Of a stretch of DNA of 63,956 bases, positions 14,081 to 27,004 are shown piece by piece. This DNA is from Octopus sinensis (lineage: Eukaryota): NCBI RefSeq assembly GCF_006345805.1, contig NC_043001.1, positions 130,200,045 to 130,264,000 of the forward strand. Direction: 5' to 3'. Both the position numbers and the translations under genes were made by a program. Positions within the stretch are counted from its first letter, which is position 1. Every line of letters begins with the position of its first letter. The notes beneath the pieces were generated by a model. The model did no database searches, was not told the DNA's origin, and saw nothing but the letters and a program-made list of their open reading frames with translations.

Positions 14081-14791
14081 GACAAACTTGTTTCAGTTTC
14101 CATCTACCAAATCCACTCTTGAGGTTTTGGTTGGCCCAAGGCTATAGTCAAAGACACTTTCATTTAAATTGCTTGTAGGAGACAACTCACTGCCATTGCC
14201 ACTACTGAGACTACCGGATCACATGATTATGGCCTTCCCACCTGATAATCCCACTGACTATTCATAACATCAGTGCCTGTTTAGCTACTTTGATTTTTTT
14301 GTATGTTGCTGATGGAGATATCTCTGCTATTTCTAGCATCCAAGCGTCTACTACTGGCAAGGCCAGAGAAGGCCAAAATCATATGATCTAGTATTCTTGG
14401 CAGTGGTGATGGTGGGAAGTTGTCTTCCACTTGTGATGTAAACAAAAGTGCTTATATGCACCACAAGGCCATATGAGAGGTTCTCTAATGGTAACTATCG
14501 CAGCATTCAGTTTTCAAACATATAATCCACTTTTAAGCGGAGATAAATATTACCTGTCTAGAAATTATAAAATTCAAACGAACCATCTTTGTATACAGTA
14601 AAGCGTACAGCCAGCCATCACCTGTGGATAAGTATTGCTTTGATAACATGTGCCAAACTTTTATTTCAGGTGCTAAGTTGTGAGCAGAAATAGAAACCCT
14701 CCCAGCCTCTTCACCTGTAATTCAGTGGCACATCCAGATATGATAGCTGGAGGGAGAGAGAAGTACAAGTACTTGGGTGGTACTCATTACA

Positions 14792-15022
14792 GGTGGTGAG
14801 CTGGCAGAATCGTTAGCACGCCGGGCGAAATGCGTAGCCGTATTTCGTCTGTTGTTACGTTGTGAGTTCAAATTCCGCCGAGGTGAACTTTGCCTTTCAT
14901 CCTTTCGGGGTCGATAAATTAAGTACCAGTTACGCACTGGGGTCGATGCAATCGACTTAATACCTATGTCTGTCCTTATTTGTCCCCTCTGTGTTTAGCC
15001 CCTTGTGGGTAATAAAGAAATA
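14792..15022 (+). mobile_element. tRNA-derived SINE family A, full length with TSD
   Basis: Pol III A/B boxes (tggcagaatcg, gagttcaaattcc) and central cctttcatcctttcggggtcgataaa domain. 14-bp TSD ggtactcattacag at 14779-92 and 15023-36. Confidence 0.9.
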
Positions 15023-15519
15023 GGTACTCATTACAGCTGAGTGTAGTGGGGCAATGTGAAACAAAGTGCCATGCTCAAAGACAATAACACACTACCCAAT
15101 CTGAGAATTGAACTTATGACCTTACAGTCATGAACTAAACACCTTAACCACTAGGCCACACGTCTTTACATCATTTGCATGAAAAACAATGGATGAGTTT
15201 CGTGTTAACATCTTTAATGTATGGAACATGAAAAAATAAAAAGCACACAAGAAAAAATTAATAAATGAAATAAAATAAAATAAATAACATAAAGCAATAG
15301 TCAGTCAATAGCAATTAGCATTCAAGAAGTTTGTCAATTAGTGTTTGTGTAAAATTACATAACAATCATAAAGCATATCAATTAATTAATTCTACAAGCA
15401 TTTTTAACCGTGTTTATTTTAGAAACAAGAACAGAAATATTTTGTTTGTCATACAGAATTAATTTCTTTTGCTGTGTGCTGGATTATGCAATTTTATTGG
15501 TAATGTCTCTCTGCTTTTG

Positions 15520-16780
15520 TTGTTGTTGTTGTTGCTGTTGTTCATCCTCTAGGTCAATTTTTGACTGAGCAGTTATATGATCAGAGACATTCCACTCAGA
15601 ACCATCCAGTTGATTTCTTGGCTGCTGCATCTAGGAATGTTTTAATGTCTGATTTCCCACAAATGTTACAAGTAATATGTAGTGTGTGTGTGTGTGTGTC
15701 GTAAAGCTTTGTTGCATGTTTGGTTTATCAGTGACTAAATCAGGTTCAGTCTCTATTTTTTATTGTCATCATCATTGTTGTTGTTGTCATCGCTGCTACT
15801 GCTGCTGTTGTCTTCTTCTTCTTCTTCTTCTTCTTCTTCTTCTTCTTCTTCTTCTTCTTCTTCTACTAATCAGGACTCACGCCATTAGCCACAAAGAATA
15901 ATCTTTAATTCAAGCCTACTCTAAGATAGTAAGAATGCGTGCGGAAACATGAACATCCGCCCACCACATGTGATAGATTGGCGGTTGCACGGGCGCGCAA
16001 GCTACGTTGTTATCCTCATTCCATAAATGGTGACCTTTAACAAGTGGAGAGCTGAACCATCCTGGGGTACAGAGTATTCGCAATCTAGACTAGGGTCTGA
16101 AAGTTACCACACCATAGTGGGTTATACCATGGTTCCTCTGCTTTGTGGCAGAAGTAGGAAGAAGGAGTGCGAGAAAGTTGTGGAGCTTAGGTGTTTTTGC
16201 TCAATATACACTCACAATGCCCGGTCTGGGAATCGAAACCACGTTCTTTCGACCGCGAGTCGGTTGCCCTAACCACTTGGCCATTGCACCCCCACTGCTG
16301 TTGTTGTTTACCCTCTCGGTCAATTTTGACTGAGCTGATATATGACGAGAGACATGCCACCCAGAACCATCCAGTCGATTTTTGTTTGGCTTTATCTAGG
16401 AAAACTTTAGTGTCTAATTACCCACAAGTATTATTGGTAGTATGTAGTGCATGCGTGTGTACATGTGTGTGTGTGTATGTGTGTGTGTGTGTGTGTGTGT
16501 GGTAAAACCTTGTTGCATGGTTGGGTTTTCAGCATCTAAACCAGTTCCAGTCACCAGATTTTTGGTAATATCTCTACTTTTGTTGTTGTTGCTGTTCTCT
16601 CTGTTGATTTGTTGGTGTTTATTCTCTTGGTCAGTTTTCATCTAAACAGTCTATGTATGGTCAGTGACGTTCCACCAAGGACAATCCAATTTAGTTTTAG
16701 GTGTATTTAGGTATACATTAATATCCAGTTGTTCACAAATTGTGCAGATAATATGTAGTGTCTGATACAACCTGTTGCAT
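15520..16780. repeat. Three diverged ~280-bp direct repeats, split by a SINE-B insertion
   Basis: ggtcaatttt..ga(g)acattccac..accatcca..tagg..atatgtagtg..ttgttgcatg at ~15550, ~16318 and ~16630. Confidence 0.7.
15812..16294 (-). mobile_element. SINE family B, tail type iv with (AGA)n end and TSD
   Basis: Family B head at 16292-16150, then a unique ~280-bp tail and (CTT)n at 15812-65. 10-bp TSD ctgctgttgt at 15802-11 and 16295-304. Confidence 0.8.
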
Positions 16781-16959
16781 GACACCACCTACTACACCAT
16801 CACCATCACTATCTCCACCACCACCACCATTACCACCACCATCTCCACCGCCATCATCACCACCACTATCTCCACCACCACCACCACCACCACTACCACA
16901 TAACCAGTACCACACCATCACCAACATCACTTCCAGAAACAATCATTGACGACATCAAC

Positions 16960-18830
16960 AACCACGTCACCACCGCCGCCACCACCACCTCCACCACCAC
17001 CTCCACACCATCTCTACCTTCTCCACCACCACCGCCACCACCACCTCCACACCATCTCTACCTTCACCACCACCACCTCCACCACCACCTCCACACCATC
17101 TCTACCTTCACCACCACCACCTCCACCACCACCTCCACACCATCTCTACCTTCACCACCACCACCCCTCCACCACCACCTCCACACCATCTCTACTTCAC
17201 CACCACCACCGCACCACCAACCTCCACACCATCTCTACCTTCTCCACCACCACCGCCACCACCACCTCCACACCATCTCTACCTTCACCACCACCACCTC
17301 CACCACCACCTCCACACCATCTCTACCTTCACCACCACCACCGCCACCACCACCTCCACACCATCTCTACCTTCACCACCACCACCGCCACCACCACCTC
17401 CACACCATCTCTACCTTCTCCACCACCACCGCCACCACCACCTCCACACCATCTCTACCTTTACCACCACCACCACCGCCACCACCACCTCCACACCATC
17501 TCTACCTTCTCCACCACCACCGCCCACCACGCCACCACCACCTCCACACCATCTCTACCTCACCACCACCACCACCGCCACCACCACCTCCACACCACAC
17601 CACACCATCTCTACCTTCACCACCACCACCTCCACCACCACCTCCACCACCTCCACACCATCTCTACTTCACCACCACCACCGCCACCACCACCTCCACA
17701 CCACTCTACCTTCTCCATCACCACCTCCACCACCACCTCACACCATCTCTACTTCACCACCACCTCCACCACCACCTCCACCACCATCTCTACCTTACCA
17801 CCACCACCGCCGCCACCACCACCACCACCACCACCCCTCCACACCATCTCTACCTTCACCACCACCACCTCCACCACCACCTCCACACCATCTCTACCTT
17901 CACCACCACCACGCCACCACCACCACCACTCCACACCATCTCTACCTTCACCACCACCTCACCACCACCTCCACACCATCTCTACCTTCACCACACACCT
18001 CCACCACACCTCCACACCATCTCTACCTCACCACCACCACCGCCACCACCACCTCCACACCATCTCTACCTTCTCCACCACCACCGCCACCACCACCTCC
18101 ACACCATCTCTACCTTCACCACCACCACCGCCACCACCACCTCCACACCATCTCTACCTTCACCACCACCACCTCCACCACCACTCCACACATCTCTACC
18201 TTCACACCACCACCGCCACCACCACCTCCACACCATCTCTACCTTCACCACCACACCACCGCCACCACCACCTCCACACCATCTCTACCTTTACCACCAC
18301 CACCGCCACCACCACCTCCACACCATCTCTACCTTCTCCATCACCACCGCCACCACCACCTCCACACCATCTCTACCTTCACCACCACCACCACCGCCAC
18401 CACCACCTCCACACCATCTCTACCTTCACCACCACCACCACCTCCACCACACCTCCACACCATCTCTACCTTCACCACCACCACCGCCACCACCACCTCC
18501 ACACCATCTCTACCTTCGCCACCACCACCTCCACACCATCTCTACCTTCACCACCACCACCGCCGCCACCACCACCACTACCACCACTACCACCTCCACA
18601 CCATCTCTACCTTCACCACCACCACCTCCACCACCACCTCCACACCATCTCTACCTTCACCACCACCACCGCCACCACCACCACCACCTCCACACCATCT
18701 CTACCTTCACCACTACCACCTCCACCACCACCTCCACACCATCTCTACCTTCACCACCACCACCTCCACCACCACCTCCACACCATCTCTACCTTCACCA
18801 CCACCACCACTACCACCACTACCACCACCT
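16960..18830. repeat. CCA-based minisatellite (~40-bp unit, roughly 40-45 copies)
   Basis: Near-invariant core cctccacaccatctctaccttc separated by variable (CCA)n. Confidence 0.95.
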
Positions 18831-19707
18831 TCCAGTGGTGTAATATAACCTTAAGGTAATGAGACTATGTCAAACATTAATAGCCTCTGGCTCTGAGATT
18901 CTTCCTATAAAATGCTGTCCTCACCACCACCACCACCTCCACCTCCATCTCTCCTATTTTTCCCCTCTCTCTCTCTCTCTCACTTTCCTCTCCCCCCTCT
19001 CCCCCCCTCTCTCTCTCACAGATTAATTCTCTGCTTAAAATTGGTCGGAAATATTCGTAATTTCTTGCAATATTCACACTCAAAGTGACGTTGTTGCATC
19101 ATTGTTGCAGGCTCTCCTGTTGTTCCTTGTTGTTATAGTTATTATTATTGTTGTCATTACAGCCATTGCCGTTGTTGTTGTTGTTATTGTTTCTTTATTG
19201 TTGTTGTTATTGTTGTAGTTGCTCTTATGGATTCCGACGTTGATGATGTTGACATAACGGTTTACCGTTTTAGCTGCCGATGTTGTCGCAGTCATATATC
19301 CTTATTATTCTTCTTAATGGTGTAGTTATTATCATTGATGCTGTTATTACAGTCACGGTTATTACTGTTTTTAATGTTATTCTCAATGTTGCTGTTGTTT
19401 CATCATCCACACCCTTCTTATTACGATTATAGTTGTTGTTGTTGTCGTTATATTCATTCCTGTTATCGATGTTGTAATTATTGTTGTAGTGTTTGCCTTG
19501 CTGTTACCGTTAAAGACTTCTCAATACATATTTTTTATCTCTTCTTTAGATGTTTCTTATAATCTTGGTGTTGTTATTACGTTGTTGTTCTTACCGTTTT
19601 TGTCAAGAGTTCATATTAGGGTAGAAGTGTTGTTGTTGTTGTTGTTGCCACCGTTATTGTTAATGTTGTAAGTATCATAATGTTATCATTGTTGCTGTTA
19701 TGACATT

Positions 19708-20641
19708 ATGCTTAGCAGTATTTCGTCTGTCTTTACGTTCTGAGTTCAAATTCCGCCGAAGTCAATTTTGATTGTCATCCTTCCTTCCGGGTTCAATAAA
19801 TTAAGTATCAGTCGTATATTGGGGTCGAACTAATCAGCTGCCCCACCCATCCCCCAAAAGTCTTGGTCCTTGTGCCTAGAACAGAAATGAATATGTATGT
19901 ATGCCAAGGCGGCAAACTGGCAGAAAATGTTAGCATGCTGGGTGAAATGCTTAGTGGCACTTCGTCTGTCTTTACGTTCTGAGTTCAAATTCCACCGAAG
20001 TCAACTTTGATTGTCAATCTTTCGGTGTCAATAAATTAAGTATCAGTTGTATATTGGGGTCGAACTAATCAGCTGCCCCACCCATTCCCAACAATTTTGG
20101 GCCGTGTGCCTAGAACAGAAATGAATATGTATTTATGTCAAAGCGGCAAACTGGCAGAAATGTTAGCATGCTGGGTGAAATGCTTAGTCGCACTTCGTCT
20201 GTCTTTATGTTCTGAGTTCAAATTCCGCCAAAGTCAACTTTGATTGTCATCCTTTCGGGGTCAATAAATTAAGTATCAGTTGCATATTGGGGGTCGAACT
20301 AATCAGCTGCCCCACCCATCCCCAAAAATTTTGGGCCGTGTGCCTAGAACAGAAATGAATATGCATGTATGTCAAAGCGGCAAACTGGCTGAAATGTTAG
20401 CATGCTGAGCGAAATGCTTAGTGGCACTTCGTCTGTCTTTATGTCCTGAGTTCAAATTCCGCCAAAGTCAATTTTGATCGTCATCCTTTCGAGGTCAATA
20501 AATTAAGTATCAGTTGCATATTGGAGTCGATCTAATCAGCTGCCCCCCCCCAAAAAAAAAAAAATTGGGGTCCTTGTGCCTAGAACAGAAATGAATATGT
20601 ATGCCAAGGTGACAAGCTGGCAGAAATGTTAGCATGCTGGG
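19708..20641 (+). repeat. Head-to-tail tandem array of a family-A-related SINE (~235-bp unit x4)
   Basis: Unit heads at ~19909, 20143, 20377 and 20609. The array starts mid-unit (atgcttag) and ends at gcatgctggg. Confidence 0.9.
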
Positions 20642-20856
20642 CATAATTGATATAACATGTAGGTCAACAGCCTTCTTCAGCTGCGTACAATTACCACACC
20701 AAAGACATATATTACATTATAGCAGGTTTGAGAAAAAGTTTGGGAAAAAAACGAGTTTCATTGGGAAGGTAAATCCTCATAGTCGTATATGGCATAGCGA
20801 GACACCAAAATAAAACATCCATACCGTTTTTCACTCAATAAAGAATCATATATATA

Positions 20857-21249
20857 ATGTTCATCCTTCGGTTCGAAGATGACCAACTGACATCATCTGA
20901 TGGAACTGCCGCCATGAGACCTGAGGTGGCTGGTGAGGCCAATCCGGGCAAGGAAGCCCCTCCCACAGGTGGGGCAGAAGTGGGTAGGGGCCGTGCTACT
21001 GGTGCAGGCGGCTCTGGCTTTACGCATCTGACGTTTCTGCTCCGCTGACCGAATCCGTCCCTCCTCGGCTGTCCCTGCTCCCACGGTGATTGCGCTGCGC
21101 CAGGATGAGCGGTTGGCAGCAAGTGTCTCCCCGGTCTCTGTTCTGATGGAGAAGTCTTTGAGAGAGACCTTGAGACTATCCTTGTAGCGCTTCTTCTGCC
21201 CTCCGACTTTGCGCCTGCCCTGGCCGAGTTCACCGTAGAAGAGCTGTTA
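20857..21249 (-). mobile_element. RTE/BovB-clade LINE 3' fragment (5'-truncated)
   Basis: Minus-strand translation gives LFYGEL..GGQKKRYKDSLKVSLK and, in ORF 20893-21084, the C-terminal zinc-knuckle-like FCPTCGRGFLARIGLTSHLRSH typical of RTE ORF ends. GC-rich relative to its flanks. Confidence 0.9.
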
Positions 21250-21406
21250 TCATATTTATATAGGTGCAGGCATGGCTGTGTGGTTAGAAGCTTGCTTCCC
21301 AACCACATGGTTTTGGCCTGGCACCTTGAGCAAGTGTCTTCTACTATAGCCTTGGGCCAACCCAAAACTTGTGAGTGGATCTGGTAGGCGGAAACTGAAA
21401 GAAGCC

Positions 21407-21453
<47 letters not shown>

Positions 21454-21456
<3 letters not shown>

Positions 21457-21840
21457 TCTCTCTATATATAAACGGCAGTTTGTCTGTGCGTGTTTCTGTG
21501 TGTCTGTTTGCTTGTACCCTCACCCTGACCACGGCTTTCAACCGATTCTGATGAAACTTGACACACACATAGCCCAATGTCATAATTCAAAACTAACGCA
21601 CCGAAAATTTTGAAAAGTTCCCCCAGTTCTGAAAAAAATCGATAAATTCGACATGGGGTCGAGAATCAGAAACACAAACTGCAAACTGTCTAGGGGACGC
21701 AACTCCACCTTTTTTAACTAAAAAAAAAATTTACCATCATTTTTTTTCCATTTTTTTGCTATTTTTTGGCTATAACTCTCTAAAAATGCTTTATAGTTAT
21801 TTCCCTTACAAACCTGAGCAACGCCGGGCGATACTGCTAG
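21454..21840 (+). mobile_element. Non-autonomous Helitron
   Basis: Starts with TC after an A and ends with CTAG before a T. Subterminal hairpin cctgagcaacgccggg lies ~10 nt from the end. Internal ccgattctgatgaaacttg motif. No TSD; inserted in (TA)n. Confidence 0.8.
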
Positions 21841-21945
21841 TATATATATATACAGAATTAGCGGAAGCAATATCCCCTTAAGAGATTGTTAAAAACAATC
21901 CAGATGCCAACTAGGTTGAACCAAAAATATTGATAGAAAGTTCCT

Positions 21946-21979
<34 letters not shown>

Positions 21980-22164
21980 AGTCTCATAAAATTTTATTGA
22001 CTTTTTAATTTTATACACACACAGACACACATATATACATGTCCTCTTTTCTCTCTTTATACTTTATCTGATAAGAACACTATAACACACCTAACAATAA
22101 TAATAACTGACTCTGTTTTATATACACTTTAGATGAGTTGCAGTGCACCTGAGCACTGTACACA

Positions 22165-22209
<45 letters not shown>

Positions 22210-22461
22210 AACATATACACATGTATATATATATTTATATATATATTTATGTATATATATGTATACGTTGGCCTGCTTGCTTAGCCAGCGGGGTGGCGTC
22301 ATTTGAAGGCTAAAACAATGCGAACGCATTGTGACCAGCGATGTGTAACTACATCTGATGGACTGGTCGGTCATGTGATCACGTGATATATGTATATGTA
22401 GAAGTGTGTATATAAGTATGTATTCATTTATATTTTTTAATTAACCTTATGAACTTTTTAA

Positions 22462-22587
22462 ACTCTCTGATGAAAGCCAGAGGCACACCCAAGTGCTTAA
22501 CCTTATATACCAAATACTTCAGATTCACTCAAGGGATGGAAGTAAGGTGGAGTACTATGACCCCTTGGCTGAAACAGCTGTAAGAGT
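22462..22587 (+). ncRNA. Type I hammerhead ribozyme motif with ~85-nt loop 2 insertion
   Basis: Stem I actct/agagt. CTGATGA 22467-73, extra A, stem II agcca(22475-79)/tggct(22566-70). GAAA 22571-74. Palindromic stem III ACAGCTGT. UA at 22581-82. Confidence 0.75.
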
Positions 22588-22860
22588 CTATTCTGCTCTC
22601 TATGCTTCATATGTTCTGTGTTATTTATATTTTAATAATTACTGATATGTTTTATATATGTGAAACATAATATGTTATACATGTATGTATATTAGTATAA
22701 TTATTTTTTTTAAATAAATAAATAGACATAATATAATGTCTAAAAGTAGATGAATACCACCTATTGATCCCCTCAAATATCTCCTTGCTATATATATATA
22801 TATTATAATATAGATATATATATACTCACATATATATATGTGTATATACACATATATGTA

Positions 22861-22891
<31 letters not shown>

Positions 22892-23373
22892 GCATATATA
22901 TATATATATACATATATACATATATATAGATATAGATATATATGCATATATATATATGTATGTATGAGGGACTTCTTTCAGTTTCTATCTGCCAAATCCA
23001 TGCACAATGATTTGGATCTGCCTGAAGCATAAGCAGAAGACACTTGTCCAAGATGCCATGCAGTGGGACTGAACTTGAAACCATGTGATGTGGTTGAGAA
23101 GCAAGCTTTTACCACACAGCCACGCCTATGTAAGGCACATGGCTTAGTGGTTAGGGTGTTGCACTCATGATTATGAGATCGTGGGTTCAATTCCCAGACC
23201 AGGCAATCATTTTGACATCTGACATGTGGCACCCAGTTGCACCTGTACAGGTAATGTCGATTTGATGGAGGGAATGAGCTTATGTGTACACAAACTATAG
23301 ACAAATCATCTGTGTGGTTGTTTGGTAAGAAGTTGTCGAACCGTCATACGTCGTCTAACGACGGGAGAGTCCG

Positions 23374-23400
<27 letters not shown>

Positions 23401-23407
<7 letters not shown>

Positions 23408-23783
23408 CTGAAATTGTCTGTGTATGGCAGGTTTGGTAGCCTTCAACTAACACTATCTCCTCCGAGACCCTGCAGCGCAAGTTGATCAAAATTGAGAGTA
23501 TGATAGAAGAAGGCTTGCTCTTTATTCTGTAGAAGAAAAAATTCAAATCTGACCATGTTAAGACCAAAAATTATTTACATCAAAAAGGTGCTTTTTTTCT
23601 ATGAAAATCCCTATTTTTAATGATTTTTTTTACTGCTGTATCGCCATTTTTCGGTGTATTTCAACCAGAAAAATGTTCACTTAAAGAGAATAACAAGCTA
23701 CATAATGCAAAATTTTTACTTTTCAAAAATTCCAATTCTAAAGGTTGAAAACAAACCCGAGAAACGCCGGGCAATACTGCTAG
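23401..23783 (+). mobile_element. Non-autonomous Helitron (second family, same 3' end)
   Basis: 3' end cccgagaaacgccgggcaatactgCTAG|t is almost identical to that of 21454-21840, but the interior differs. The 5' end is lost in (TA)n. Confidence 0.75.
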
Positions 23784-24409
23784 TATATATATATATATAT
23801 GAAATGTTTGTGTCATTATATATGTCTTTGTCCCCACACATCACCTGACAACCAGTGTTGGTTTGTGCATGTCCCTGTAATTTAGCAGTTCAGCAAAAGT
23901 GACCAATAAAATAAGTACCAATCTTAAAACCAAAAAAAAAAGGTACTGGGGTCAAATTAATTTGACTAAAAACCCTTCAAGGCGATGATGCCCCAGCATG
24001 ACCGCAGCCCAATGACTGAAACAAATAATAAAAAACAAAGACAAAAAAAAGTAAGTAAGATAAAACTGGAATTTGAAACGTAAATTAATATGAAATTCTG
24101 ATGAAAGGCTTTCATTTAGATCTCTTTCATATGGAGATATTGGGGTGGGGCGAAAGGTATTTGATTTGAAAAAGGTTAACCTCAGGTCAATATATGACCA
24201 AATGTATTCCAGTTATGACCATCCCACATTGTTTTGTTTTTTTTATCTGGTGTGTCAAGAAGTACATTATTCAATGTATTCTTCTCACTTTTTAAAATAA
24301 TCGAATGGAATTCGGTTTCTCTTTCTAGGAGGTTATGCGGTGGACCACCATATAAAGGCTTCCCTCATTACCTCCTTATTGTTGCTGTTCTAATTATCGC
24401 TGTCACAAA

Positions 24410-24694
24410 CGATGGTGGTGGTGATAGTAGTAGTGGCGTTAGAGGTGATGGTCGTGGTGATGATGGTGGTAGTGGTGGTGGTCGTCGTTGTCATTGTGAT
24501 GTGGTGGTGGTGGTGGTGGTGGTGGTGGCAGTGTTGGTGATGGCAGTGGTGGTGGTAGCGGGTCATGGTAGGGTACCAGTGATGTTTATCATCTACTATG
24601 ATGAGAGAGATAGTACTGGTCTCAGTTATCAGTGCTGTGATTATGATGATGGTGTTGATGATGGTGTGATGATGGTGTTTAGTAACCATTGCTC

Positions 24695-24726
<32 letters not shown>

Positions 24727-25520
24727 GTGATGATGACAACGATGATAATGGTAGTTGTGATGGGAAAATTGGTTATCATTAGTCTGATGATGGTGATGAT
24801 GATGATGGGCTGGAATGGGGGAAGTGATGATGATGATGGTAGTGATGGTTACCATTTGTTGTTACAATGATGATGGTGGTGGTGGTGGTGGTGGTGCTAG
24901 TAGCATTGATGATAGAATTTTGTGTTACTGCAAAGATGATGGCAATGTTGATTATTTTTGCGAAAAATGATGGTGAATACAGTGGTGGTGGTGGTGGTGG
25001 TGGGGACGATGGCTGCAGCAACAGCGGTGGTGGTTGTAGTGTGGTGGTGGTGGTGATGGTGGTAGTGATGTTGATGGCGGCAGCTGTGACTGTGATGATG
25101 ATGATGGTGGTGGTGCTGATGGTTGTGGTGATGGTAGTCGCGGTGATGGCTGTTGTAGAGACAGTAGTAATGGTGGTGGTAGTTGTAGTGGTGGTGGTGG
25201 TGGTGGTGGTAGTGATGTTGACGGCGGCAGCTGTGGCTGTGATGATGATGATGATGGTGGTGGTGGTGATGGTAGTGGTGATGGTGGTGATGATGGTTAT
25301 GGTGATGGTGCTGATGGTTGTGATGATGGTAGTGGCAGTGATGGCTGTTGTAGAGACAGTGGTAATGGCGGTGGTAGTTGTAGTAGTGGAGGTGGTGGTG
25401 ATGGTAGTGGTGATGGTGTTGGTGCTGATGGTTGCGGTGATGGTAGTGGCGGTGATGGCTGTTGTAGAGACAGTAGTGATGGTGGTGGTGGTGGTAGTTG
25501 TAGTGGTGGTGATGCTTATG
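24410..25520. repeat. (GGT/GAT)n microsatellite with higher-order repeat
   Basis: gtgatggctgttgtagagacagt recurs at ~25143, 25338 and 25452. Confidence 0.9.
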
Positions 25521-25991
25521 TTGGCAATAACGGTAGTTAGCATATTGTTGTTGTTGTTGTTGTGGATTTTTTTCTGTTTGTTTTTTTTTCTTTCAAAGTA
25601 ATATTTTTGCACGCCATCATGGTGATTGTTCCGATATTGCCTCAGGTTAATAAACTCTGTGTGTTGGTTTGTTTGTTGTTTTGTGCATGTGTGTATGTTG
25701 GGATGGTGCTAGGATGGGGGAGGGTGCTGAGCTGAGCTGGGGGTTTTGGGGGTTGGGTTGGGTTGGCCAGGGTTGAATTGAAAGATGTGTGTGTGTGTGT
25801 GTGTGTCCATAGTTTTGCTTAATAGTTTTGCTTGTTTGAATTCTATCCTATCAAATTCTTTCATTCTTTTTTCACTCTATCACAATGTTTCACTCCTTTT
25901 ACTCTATCACATTCCCTCACTGTCCTCACTTTGTTTCATCCCTTCACTCTTACTCTATCTTATTCTCTCACACATTTTCTAGTCTTTCACA

Positions 25992-26028
<37 letters not shown>

Positions 26029-26275
26029 ACACGCAGCCTCTCTTTCTCTATTTTCCCTTATATTTTCTCAACAATTTTGGCCCACCACATGCCTTTTTGA
26101 TCTTGATCCGTATGACTTTGTATACATACATATACAAATGGCGGTGCCCCAGCATGGCCACAGCTCGTGAGCTGAAACTAGATAAAATTAAAAAAAATAA
26201 AAATATATATGAATGAGTGTGTGCCTGTGTGTGTGTGTGTGTGTGTGTGTGTACATATATATACACATATATAAG

Positions 26276-27000
26276 AGTGCAATTGGTAAATTGTCAGTAT
26301 TTTATATCTTTAATTTCACGCATCCGCATTGTTTGTTTTTCATTTTGTCGACTACATAGTATAGTAGGGTCAGTTGGTCACCATCTGTAATAAAAAACAG
26401 CACTATAAAGCAATTTGCTTTGCCAGAGATTTGGAAGCAACATGCCTTACTGCTTGGCATTCATGCTGAAAGCTCCAATAAGGACATTTTAGAGTATTTG
26501 GGTGTCAATCTGAGGACATGTAGAGGGAGTGATAAAAAGCAAACACCCAGTCAACATCATGGTGTTTGGAGTGATCACTAGTGATGGTGACGTTATGCCT
26601 CCATTTGTCTTCCTACATGGCCTCAGACTCAACACGGAGGCCTACATCAAATGCCCAGAGGAGATAATGCTGCCTTGGGTCAAGAGGGTGGCTAATGGAA
26701 AACCCTATGTCTGGTAACAGGACTCTGCACCATGCTGCACAAGCAGGAGAACCCAGTCATGGCTGTCAGACAATTTCTGCAATGACATCACCCCTAACAT
26801 CTGGTCACCTAACACCCCACATTGCAAACCCCTGGAATATTGTGTGTGGGGGGGGGGCACAGTTGAGTGAGAAACCAACACCAAAGATTAACTTGTAACA
26901 CCAAATATTAACTGAAGGCAAGAATTATGGCAGCATTCACCAATTTTAAACAAGGAGACTGTCCAGAAGAGTTGCAGGAGATTCCAAAGTCATCTGGCGA
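26276..27000 (+). mobile_element. Tc1/mariner (maT/DD37D-like) transposon relic with internal deletion and stop codon
   Basis: KHPVNIMVFGVITSDGDVMPPFVF..LNTEAYIKC..LPWVKRVANGKPYVW*QDSAPC..RTQSWL..NIWSPN..PLEYCVWG matches the mariner-type catalytic domain (QDxAP, WPPxSPDxNPLDY), with an in-frame stop. The right end abuts the RTE fragment. Confidence 0.8.
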
Positions 27001-27004
27001 TTTT

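Noticed and set aside
16946-18859. 637-aa Pro/His/Thr ORF resembling an extensin or mucin
   Set aside because: It is a translation of the CCA minisatellite, whose composition lacks stop codons. It starts at TTG, the repeat phase drifts between frames, and there is no splice or homology support.
20660-20690. Minus-strand CTGAAGAAGGC half-hammerhead
   Set aside because: No downstream GAAA or stem III; the segment ends at the SINE array.
24234-25612. Thr-rich and Val/Met-rich ORFs
   Set aside because: GGT/GAT microsatellite.
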